Assembly: GCA_043718025.1 (NCBI GenBank)
Contig: JAYSWN010000130.1
Span: forward strand, 1 to 26,546
Direction of reading: 5' to 3'
DNA length: 26,546 nucleotides
Source of the DNA: Pseudomonadota bacterium
GTDB taxonomy: Bacteria; Bdellovibrionota; FAC87; UBA2466
Every line of letters starts with the position of its first letter. Within the stretch, counting starts at the first letter, position 1. Below, piece by piece: positions 17,533 through 25,241 of this stretch. Below the pieces are notes generated by a model. That model saw nothing but the letters and a program-made list of their open reading frames with translations, ran no database searches and had not been told where the DNA came from. Both the position numbers and the translations under genes were made by a program.

Positions 17533-19884
17533 GTGTTGGTGGGGAAAACTATCTGTCTCGTCTTGGGGTTTCTCTTTTTGGTCAGTTCATCATTCGGTGG
17601 TGAAAAAAGGAACGGTTATTCCAGCGGCTATGGAAACCGCAACGGCAATGGCAACGGAAGAGCCAGACCTCCTTTCCCCGCTATGGCTGAAGCAAGGCCA
17701 GTCAATTCAAATCCAGCCTCGACCCACTTGGTCCATCGCTATTTAGTAGAAAAGCTCAAAATAGAAAAGCCTGAGCTATTCGACATGTCTTACAACTTTT
17801 TTGAACTCACGCGCTCACTCGGCGATGACCGAATGAGAAACGCCGAAGCGCTTAAAGAAATGGCCGAAACTTTTTTCGCGCCAGAGTCTGCAGAAAGCCT
17901 GCGCCAAATATTAGAAGCGGCGATGAAGACCGATTACAACAACGCCCTAATTCTCGCCGAAGCGGGCGTCGGCAAAAGCTTTTTGGTAGACCAGATCGCT
18001 GGTCTTTTTTCGTTCGGCATTTTGCCCGACTATCTCGCCAAAGAGATCGCCTATCCCGCCGATCAAAAGTCACCCTATGCAAATATTTTAAGGCAGTTCA
18101 TCAACAACACGCAGGTGGTGAAGATAAATACGGCGCTGCTCATGAAGCACGACGACAAGCCCGGCGAGGCTTGGTCGTCTGAAGAGGTGCGCATGCGTGC
18201 GACGTTAGAAGCGCTGTTTGCTGAAGCGCGCAAAGAGTTTAACCTTGCCGACAAAAGCGGAAAACGCGTTGGACGCCGCACGTTCTTTATGTTCGATGAG
18301 TTCGCCACCCTTCCCCCGTTCGTCAAAGAGTTGCTTAAGACCATTTTGGACGAAACCGGTTTTCAAAATCCTGACGTCGCGCTGGTCAAAAAGCCAGACC
18401 CTGGCTTCTCGGTACTCTGTTTCACCACCCCCGCAGAGTACCGGCGCATATCGGCCGGCGATTCAGCAATCGACCGGCGCTTTAAGCTAATTAAAATTGC
18501 GGAGCCGAATGAAAATTTGGCTTTTCGCATTGTTCGCGCCAAAAGCACCAATGAGTGGGAACCCCTCTACGGCGTCGCTATCAGCGACGAAGCAATATGG
18601 CATCTAATCCACAGCCGCCGTTTCTTAACCACGCCGCCTCTCGCCATGCCCGGCTCGATTCTAGCGGCGGTGAATACCTTAATGACGTGGAAGTTAACCA
18701 ACCCCGGAGAGAGCTCGAACGAAATTACCGTGAAAGACGCGCAACTTTATCTGACCCGGGCGGCCGGGCTGACCGATTTATGGCTTGAGGGGCCCAACGG
18801 CGAACCGCCATTGAGCGGGCTTGAAGAGCGAGCGCTTCAGCACGTAGTGGTTAAAGACCCTTCCCTTCATAAAATTGCCGAACGCTGGAAAGCATTTTCA
18901 CGGTTGGAGCACAACGGGGCGATTCCCGTATTCATCGTTATGGGGCCCACCGGTTCGGGAAAAGACACCCGTTTTGAGGCCTTAAATATGGCGCTATTTG
19001 GCCACCGAGGAAAGCAGTTCAATTTTAGTCTGGCGGGCACCAAGGGCTTCGGCATTGATGCCCTTATATCGGGTCCCCCGCTTGGCAATCATAGTGACGG
19101 AGAGCAGGGTTTGTTAGTACGGGCGTTAGACTCTGGATTGGGCAATAGCGCCGTTGCCTTCAACGAAGTGGCCGACACGCCAAGTGAAGAGCTAGAAAAG
19201 CTAAAGGTACTGGTTGAAAGCGGTGAAGTGCGTCCGAGCGGAATGGATTCGCGGCCGCGCCCCTTACGTTACCCCATCTTCTTAATGGGTCAGTGGGGCG
19301 AAGAGATCTTTGACGGCATGACCGATGCCGAAAAGATGGAGCGCTACCAATCTCTTACTCAAGATGAGATCGAAGGGTTCTTACTCAAGGGAAAAGGCGA
19401 TGGAACCATCGGCGCCGTTCCCCCGGCCCTAATCGAACGCGCAAAGAAATCCGGCGGCATCTATTTCGTACCCCCGATGGTGGTGGCAGATTTTCCGGCC
19501 GTAATCGGCACTTGGCTCCCGGGACTTATCGAAGACCTAAATAAAAATAACGCCATCGAAGTGGTGGTTTCTCCGCAACTGATCAAATTCATCGCCAACA
19601 CGGCGGCCTCAATGGCGCACGGAACGCGCGGGCTGAGTGCGGTCACTTCTGATTTCACAAAGGGCGCTATCTCTCGTTCGATGGACAAAGGTCTACCCAC
19701 AACTCACCTTTCACTCATCCTTGATCACATACGCAGAATCGATGGCCAAGACTTCATCGTGGTGCAGCACGTAGAGAGTGGGTTGTCTTATCAATTCACT
19801 CCCCAAGAGCTCTATCGGCATAAGTTTTCGTGCGGCGGACAGCTCGGTGAAATGGGCCAACCCGCGGCACTGGCTGCCAAATAA
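17533..19884 (+). CDS. ClpA/ClpB-like double AAA+ ATPase with an N-terminal signal peptide
   Basis: NBD1: AEAGVGKS, FMFDEF, TTPAEYRR, DSAIDRRF, EP. NBD2: MGPTGSGKD, LISGPP, AFNEV, PALIER, HGTRGL. N-terminus KTICLVLGFLFLVSSSFG. Exact start among 17533/17536/17539 is uncertain. Confidence 0.82.
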   Translation: MLVGKTICLVLGFLFLVSSSFGGEKRNGYSSGYGNRNGNGNGRARPPFPAMAEARPVNSNPASTHLVHRYLVEKLKIEKPELFDMSYNFFELTRSLGDDRMRNAEALKEMAETFFAPESAESLRQILEAAMKTDYNNALILAEAGVGKSFLVDQIAGLFSFGILPDYLAKEIAYPADQKSPYANILRQFINNTQVVKINTALLMKHDDKPGEAWSSEEVRMRATLEALFAEARKEFNLADKSGKRVGRRTFFMFDEFATLPPFVKELLKTILDETGFQNPDVALVKKPDPGFSVLCFTTPAEYRRISAGDSAIDRRFKLIKIAEPNENLAFRIVRAKSTNEWEPLYGVAISDEAIWHLIHSRRFLTTPPLAMPGSILAAVNTLMTWKLTNPGESSNEITVKDAQLYLTRAAGLTDLWLEGPNGEPPLSGLEERALQHVVVKDPSLHKIAERWKAFSRLEHNGAIPVFIVMGPTGSGKDTRFEALNMALFGHRGKQFNFSLAGTKGFGIDALISGPPLGNHSDGEQGLLVRALDSGLGNSAVAFNEVADTPSEELEKLKVLVESGEVRPSGMDSRPRPLRYPIFLMGQWGEEIFDGMTDAEKMERYQSLTQDEIEGFLLKGKGDGTIGAVPPALIERAKKSGGIYFVPPMVVADFPAVIGTWLPGLIEDLNKNNAIEVVVSPQLIKFIANTAASMAHGTRGLSAVTSDFTKGAISRSMDKGLPTTHLSLILDHIRRIDGQDFIVVQHVESGLSYQFTPQELYRHKFSCGGQLGEMGQPAALAAK

Positions 19885-19905
19885 AGGATAAAGATTCTAG
19901 GCAGT

Positions 19906-19932
19906 TCCAGCTAATCGTTGATCCGCCGAAGC
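19906..19932 (+). promoter_or_regulatory. Putative sigma-28 (FliA)-type promoter
   Basis: TCCA-N15-GCCGAAGC, 25 nt before ATG 19958. Confidence 0.35.
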
Positions 19933-19957
19933 CAATAATGTTAGCTACGGCCAGCTC

Positions 19958-21661
19958 ATGAAATTGGCCTTTGTCTTATTTTTATCCGTAGCCCTCGCTA
20001 TTTTCGGGGCCCCTTACGCTGTTGCCGCCCCCCTTCGTTTGGTGGTGCAGTCGCGACAAATTCAACCCGACGAAGAGCAACTAAAACAGTGGTTAGAAAA
20101 TTTTTGGGTCTCCACACCCGAGGGGCAAGAGATCTGGGCATTTCGTAATGAATCTGATGCCGAAGACATCTTTCGTAGTTCGGAGATTCCGTTCTTACTC
20201 CAACAGCAATTGTTAGCCTCGCACCGAAGCCTAACCGAAGAACAGATCATGCGCTTTGGCTGGCAGCACACCTACCGTGCACGCCACCTTTTGATCCTGA
20301 CGCCGTGGCTTCGCGATCAAATTCCCCAAACTCTCAGTCAGCGTTATTTTAACTACGAGCGCAGCGAGGTGAAATCGAATAACTACGCCACCGTTGAAGT
20401 GGCGAGTGACGAAGGGCCCGCAGCCTTTTTGCAAAGAGAAAAACTTCATCTCTCGCCGCAAGAATTTACACGGTTAAACAATTCTCTGATGACACTTGCA
20501 AATAAAACTTTTGCCGTCATCACACCTTACTCTTGGAAAAGTCTTCCGGCCAAGATTCGTTCAGACTTTTTGGCGGCTAAACTACGGCCTTCGTCACTTT
20601 TGCGGATAGGCTTGGAAGTCAGCCTAGTCGTTAGCGCCAATGACAGACCTAATGAAATAGCGGCCCAGCTCAGCCCTTCGGGCACCTACGCGGCGGCCCT
20701 CGAAGCTGACATCAAGCGCCACCAGCGGCCCGAACACGAAGTGCAAATTCCCCTGCAAGAGCTCTTACCCGAGGTGGTTCGCCGTTGGGTAAGTCGTTAC
20801 TTCGATGGTTACGGCCCCAACTGTTTTGGTTTAACCAAGGCCTTTTCGTTACTTACCCCCGAAGTAGAAGTGGTTGCCGATGTGGAGAGCTTAACCGGCG
20901 CCCTGAAAGAAGAGGGATTTGTCGGGGTTGAAAAAGAGTCCCCCCCGGAATGGGGCGATGTACTGATTTATGAAAGTAGCAGCGGAACCGGAATTCACTC
21001 CGCGATCTATTTAACGCAGAACATTTTACTTAGCCGAAATGGATTTTCAAAAACTTATCCCACGGTGATGCAGGAACAAAAAGTGGTCGAAGCCGGATAC
21101 TTCGGATCCGAAAAATTTCGCATGCGCGTTTACCGCAGAGACTCAGCGCTAAAGGCAAAGCCGTACGACCCCCTTTATTTCACCGAGCCGGCCCATGAGT
21201 TCATTCAATTGGGAATTCATCCGCACTCTTTTTTAGTGACCCAGCGCCGTATTCTACGAAGCTTCTTTACAAAACCGCTGTCCCGCTTGGCCGAAGACGA
21301 ATTAAGACGATACGCCGCTGATCCTCGTTTCGAAGCAAATTCGGCGCTGGCCCACACCGTACTGCGCTTTCAAGCCGACGTTGGGCGCTTTCGAGGCGTT
21401 TGCCAGTCCATCGGCTTTTTTCCTCTCTATGGCTCTATGCGGGGAAATAGGGACGCCTTAGGACGACTCAATCAAAAAGCACAGCTTGATCCAATCGAGA
21501 AAGAGTTTGTCGAATGGGTTAGTGCAACCTGGCCGTACGCTTACCTTGGTCCAGTGGGGGAACTTCGACGACGGCACTACCCATTGGCGCCGGCGCCAAA
21601 TTTTTGTTTCAAGACCCTACAGTCTGCCTGGGTCTGGATGTCGCTGCACGCACCGCTTTAA
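19958..21661 (+). CDS. Secreted protein with a central NlpC/P60-like (papain-fold) domain
   Basis: Signal peptide ending AVA. GPNCF...WGDVLIY...IHSAIYL..LLSRNG gives the Cys / GD-hydrophobic / His order of this fold. Confidence 0.65.
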   Translation: MKLAFVLFLSVALAIFGAPYAVAAPLRLVVQSRQIQPDEEQLKQWLENFWVSTPEGQEIWAFRNESDAEDIFRSSEIPFLLQQQLLASHRSLTEEQIMRFGWQHTYRARHLLILTPWLRDQIPQTLSQRYFNYERSEVKSNNYATVEVASDEGPAAFLQREKLHLSPQEFTRLNNSLMTLANKTFAVITPYSWKSLPAKIRSDFLAAKLRPSSLLRIGLEVSLVVSANDRPNEIAAQLSPSGTYAAALEADIKRHQRPEHEVQIPLQELLPEVVRRWVSRYFDGYGPNCFGLTKAFSLLTPEVEVVADVESLTGALKEEGFVGVEKESPPEWGDVLIYESSSGTGIHSAIYLTQNILLSRNGFSKTYPTVMQEQKVVEAGYFGSEKFRMRVYRRDSALKAKPYDPLYFTEPAHEFIQLGIHPHSFLVTQRRILRSFFTKPLSRLAEDELRRYAADPRFEANSALAHTVLRFQADVGRFRGVCQSIGFFPLYGSMRGNRDALGRLNQKAQLDPIEKEFVEWVSATWPYAYLGPVGELRRRHYPLAPAPNFCFKTLQSAWVWMSLHAPL

Positions 21662-21730
21662 CTATTTGATTGAAACCCCTTAATTTTACGATTAACTCTC
21701 TCTGCAATTTTATAATTGAGGGATCTTTCA

Positions 21731-22897
21731 ATGCCTATTCGACCACAGCACTTTTTTCTAAGCCTAGCGTTGCTGACCTCTTCGGTTTTTGCCGCAGATA
21801 GCAGTTCAAGTTCGGCCGAACGTAAAACAAACGCTCTACCGGCCGTTCGCACCACTAAAATTTTCGATGCCGGCTTTACGCCTGAACCCGCAAAAAACCC
21901 GGCGATCAGTGTTCACACCCTTTTATTGGGCCGCGTTGGCCGTGCCGGAACTCGTTTAGATACCGGCGCCGCAATCACTAACGGCGCTAGCGTTCAAGAC
22001 TTGGCCGTGCAGATGTCGGGCGAGCTCGACGGAACCTTCGCGGGCACCGTGACGTTGGGTAATTTTGCCAACACCACGAGCAGTCAGGATTTTGGCTTAA
22101 CGACAACGAGCCTCATTCGCGAAGCGTTCGCTAAAACCATTTCGTTGCCGGTAGTCAGTTTTAAAGCTGGCCAGTTTTTGGCCAACTTTGGCAAAAACAA
22201 TCGTATCTACCCGCATGCTCAGCCCATGATCGATCAGCCTTTGATCGTGAATGAGCTGTTCGGCGCCAACGGATTTCGATCGGCGGGCGTGTCGATGGAA
22301 CTGTTAATTCCCACCACCTGGTTCTTTGATATCGACGTGGCGCTGCTAAGCGGCAACATTGCCGGCCCTTACTCAGCCCCCTCGGATAGCGACGTGGTTG
22401 GTGTCTTCCGAATGGAACATGAATTTTCTCTGAGCCAAGAGACCAACTTTGGCTTTGGCGTTTCCGGATCTTTGGGGCGTAATTCGACCACCCGGGATAG
22501 TGCGTACCTTGGAGTTGATATGAGCCTTAAATACGCGTTGCCCGGCGGCTTTGGGTTCGCCTGGTTTAACGAAATGATTCACACGACCGCTGGCCGCACG
22601 ACTGGCACAGGGTTCGGGGGGGGACTTAATTCCGGAACTACCGGTTTTTACTCCAACCCCATGTTCCGCTTTGCTCCTAAGTTCTGGGCGGGATTGCGGT
22701 TTGACTTCATTACGCGCGATACCGGAGCCGTTACCTCAACCCTCGCCGAAAACGTGATGGTAGCTTGGGTCGTGGGGCCAAGTTCCACCCTCCGCTTTCA
22801 AGGCGGCTTTCAGCAGCCTGGTTCTGGTCCTGGACTTTGGACATTTATGGCGCAGTACAACATGACGATCGGATCTCATCCGGCCCACGCGTTGTAA
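21731..22897 (+). CDS. Outer-membrane beta-barrel, metal (Zn)-uptake-associated type
   Basis: Signal peptide, NPAISV, IREAFAKT, KAGQFLANFGKNN..YPH..PMIDQPL...FG and C-terminal IGSHPAHAL. Start at ATG 21731 with a GAGGG RBS. Confidence 0.65.
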   Translation: MPIRPQHFFLSLALLTSSVFAADSSSSSAERKTNALPAVRTTKIFDAGFTPEPAKNPAISVHTLLLGRVGRAGTRLDTGAAITNGASVQDLAVQMSGELDGTFAGTVTLGNFANTTSSQDFGLTTTSLIREAFAKTISLPVVSFKAGQFLANFGKNNRIYPHAQPMIDQPLIVNELFGANGFRSAGVSMELLIPTTWFFDIDVALLSGNIAGPYSAPSDSDVVGVFRMEHEFSLSQETNFGFGVSGSLGRNSTTRDSAYLGVDMSLKYALPGGFGFAWFNEMIHTTAGRTTGTGFGGGLNSGTTGFYSNPMFRFAPKFWAGLRFDFITRDTGAVTSTLAENVMVAWVVGPSSTLRFQGGFQQPGSGPGLWTFMAQYNMTIGSHPAHAL

Positions 22898-22923
22898 AAA
22901 GTTAGAAATTTAGTCGTTTAAGG

Positions 22924-22960
22924 GCCCCCGGGTTGATTTGAACCCGGGGGCTTTTTTTTT
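22924..22960 (+). terminator. Intrinsic terminator
   Basis: GCCCCCGGGTT-GATTTG-AACCCGGGGGC followed by T9, 26 nt after the stop codon. Confidence 0.93.
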
Positions 22961-22968
22961 GGCAACGA

Positions 22969-22977
22969 TGATACAAT
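22969..22977 (+). promoter_or_regulatory. Putative extended -10 promoter of the glycosyltransferase cluster
   Basis: TGATACAAT (TGn + TACAAT) between the terminator and the GGGGG RBS of ATG 22996. Confidence 0.5.
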
Positions 22978-22995
22978 TTAAGGGCTTGGGGGTTT

Positions 22996-23979
22996 ATGCC
23001 CGGTCCTCGTATTTCAGTCGTCATTCCAACTCATAACGGTTCAAAACGGTTGGGCAATTGCCTCGACGCGATCCGTCGTGCCCTTGGCCCCGGTGATGAA
23101 ATCATTGTGGTGGATGATGCGTCGCAAGATGGCTCGGCCGAAGTGGCTCGCTCTTTTGGCGCCTCCGTCTTTTCGCTAGAAAAAAATGGCGGTGCGGCCA
23201 AGGCGCGGAACTTTGGAGCCGGGCAGGCGACGGGAGAAATTATTTTCTTCACCGATGATGACGTCGTGATTCCCAAAAACGCCATTTCTCAACTGAGATC
23301 GCATTTCACGGAAGAACAAGTGGCCGGGGTGGTTGGCGTACTCGACGAACAGATTCCTTACTCCGATTTTGCCAGCAACCTAAAAAATCTTTGGATGCGC
23401 TTTTCGTACTTAAAATGCCCACCTGAACGAGTGGGCCTCTTTTACACCAGCGTGGCGGCGATTCGCAAAAGCGTCTTCGTCGAGGTGGGTGGATTTAATG
23501 AAAACTACCTAGGGGCTAGCGTTGAAGACACCGACTTTGGTCAGCAGGTCTGGCAAAAAGGCTTTTTGATTCGCATCGACCCGACCCTAACGGTGAGTCA
23601 CCATAAGCACTATTCGCTGGGCGGAGTGCTGCGCACCGATTTTCAACGGGCCCAGGCGCTCACCCTTTTGCGTTTCCGCAAGTCTGGTCAAAAATTCTTC
23701 ACCAGCGTGCCCTTTGCCTTTCAGATCTCGGTACCGATCTTGGCGCTTGCCGCTGTTTTTCTGCTCTCGGCCACTTTCTACGTTGAAATGCTTTACGGCT
23801 CGGCACTGCTGTCGCTTCTCTACTATCTATTGATCGCGCCCTGGCTGCTCTTTTTATTTCAGACGCGGGGCCTAGGTTTTGGCTTGGTGGCGACAGTGTT
23901 TCAGCCGCTCGACACGCTCGTGGTAGGCCTTGGCATGACCTGGGCGTGCCTTAGACACTTTACCGGAAAACGGTTTTAA
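22996..23979 (+). CDS. Family 2 glycosyltransferase with C-terminal membrane helices
   Basis: ISVVIPTHN, IIVVDDASQD, GAAKARNFG, FFTDDD, GGFNE..EDTDF. Confidence 0.93.
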   Translation: MPGPRISVVIPTHNGSKRLGNCLDAIRRALGPGDEIIVVDDASQDGSAEVARSFGASVFSLEKNGGAAKARNFGAGQATGEIIFFTDDDVVIPKNAISQLRSHFTEEQVAGVVGVLDEQIPYSDFASNLKNLWMRFSYLKCPPERVGLFYTSVAAIRKSVFVEVGGFNENYLGASVEDTDFGQQVWQKGFLIRIDPTLTVSHHKHYSLGGVLRTDFQRAQALTLLRFRKSGQKFFTSVPFAFQISVPILALAAVFLLSATFYVEMLYGSALLSLLYYLLIAPWLLFLFQTRGLGFGLVATVFQPLDTLVVGLGMTWACLRHFTGKRF

Positions 23980-23999
23980 AAAAAGAAACGGTTAGACCC

Positions 24000-25211
24000 A
24001 TGCGACAACACCAAAATGCAGTCCCCCATTCTCAAACCAGTGAACTAGAACTTTCGATCGTGATGCCTTGTTTGAACGAAGCCGAAACGCTTGTCGTCTG
24101 CGTGAACAAAGCTAACCACTTTTTAAGGACGAACGGCGTCAGTGGCGAAGTGATCGTTGCCGACAATGGCAGTACCGATGGATCGCAATCTTTGGCCCAG
24201 GGAGCCGGCGCGAGAGTGGTGAACATTTCTCAGCGTGGATACGGAAGCGCCATCTTGGGTGGCATTCAAGCCGCCCGCGGAAAATTTGTGGTGATCGGCG
24301 ATGCCGACGACAGCTACGATTTTTCGCACCTTGAACTTTTTTTAGAAAAGTTAAGATCGGGTGACGACTTGGTAATGGGCAATCGATTTCGCGGCGGCAT
24401 TAAGCCGGGGGCCATGCCCTTTCTCCACCGTTACCTGGGCAACCCTGTTCTGACCTGGGTGGGGCGTCTTTTCTTTAAAAGCCCCTGCGGCGATTTTCAT
24501 TGCGGCCTGCGCGGCCTTAAAAAGGAATCGGCGCTGCGCATGGGGCTTCGCACCACCGGCATGGAGTTCGCAAGTGAAATGGTGGTAAAAGCTTCGCTGC
24601 TCAACATGCGCACGGGCGAAGTGCCTACCGTGCTCTCGCCCGATGGCCGCAGCCGGCCGCCCCATCTGCGCACCTGGCGCGATGGCTGGCGTCACTTGCG
24701 TTTTCTATTATTGTACAGCCCGCGCTGGCTCTTTCTCTATCCCGGCGTAGCCCTGGCCTCCGTCAGCGCGGCCATCATGGCGTGGCTATTGCCCGGCGCC
24801 CAAGCTATTTGGGGAGTGAATCTAGATGTTCACACTCTGCTCTACGCCGCCGGCGGCATCCTCGTTGGCATGCAAGTGGCAAGTCTGGCGCTTTTCAGCG
24901 AAACCTTTGCGGTGACCGAAGGGTTGCTGCCCACCACCAAGCTGGCCTCTTGGTTAAGGGAGACTAAGTTAGAAAAGGGGATGCTGCTTGGATTGTTCAT
25001 ACTTGGAGCAGGTTTATTGGGATCAATCTCCACGGTACTCACTTGGCGCGCGGCAGCCTACGGCGCGCTTGCAGATTCTTCGGTTTTACGCGCCGTAATT
25101 CCTTCGGTGCTTTGTTTGGCGTTGGGGTGCCAAATTATTTCGTCGAGCTTCTTTCTGGGGCTGATTCAGCTCGGTCGAACGCCAAATTCGTTTTCTGAAA
25201 CCGAAGCGTAG
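24000..25211 (+). CDS. DPM1-like family 2 glycosyltransferase (polyprenol-phosphate sugar synthase)
   Basis: LSIVMPCLNE, VADNGSTDG, GYGSA, GDADDSYD, VMGNRF, DFHCGLR, MEFASEM, LRTWRDGWRHL, then four TM segments. Confidence 0.92.
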   Translation: MRQHQNAVPHSQTSELELSIVMPCLNEAETLVVCVNKANHFLRTNGVSGEVIVADNGSTDGSQSLAQGAGARVVNISQRGYGSAILGGIQAARGKFVVIGDADDSYDFSHLELFLEKLRSGDDLVMGNRFRGGIKPGAMPFLHRYLGNPVLTWVGRLFFKSPCGDFHCGLRGLKKESALRMGLRTTGMEFASEMVVKASLLNMRTGEVPTVLSPDGRSRPPHLRTWRDGWRHLRFLLLYSPRWLFLYPGVALASVSAAIMAWLLPGAQAIWGVNLDVHTLLYAAGGILVGMQVASLALFSETFAVTEGLLPTTKLASWLRETKLEKGMLLGLFILGAGLLGSISTVLTWRAAAYGALADSSVLRAVIPSVLCLALGCQIISSSFFLGLIQLGRTPNSFSETEA

Positions 25212-25241
25212 TTCTATCCGCATAAATCATCCGAAAAATTA

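Noticed and set aside
17533..19884. Calling the ATPase clpB, clpA or tssH/clpV
   Set aside because: It lacks the N-domain, M-domain and pore-loop signatures, and there are no type VI secretion genes in the window.
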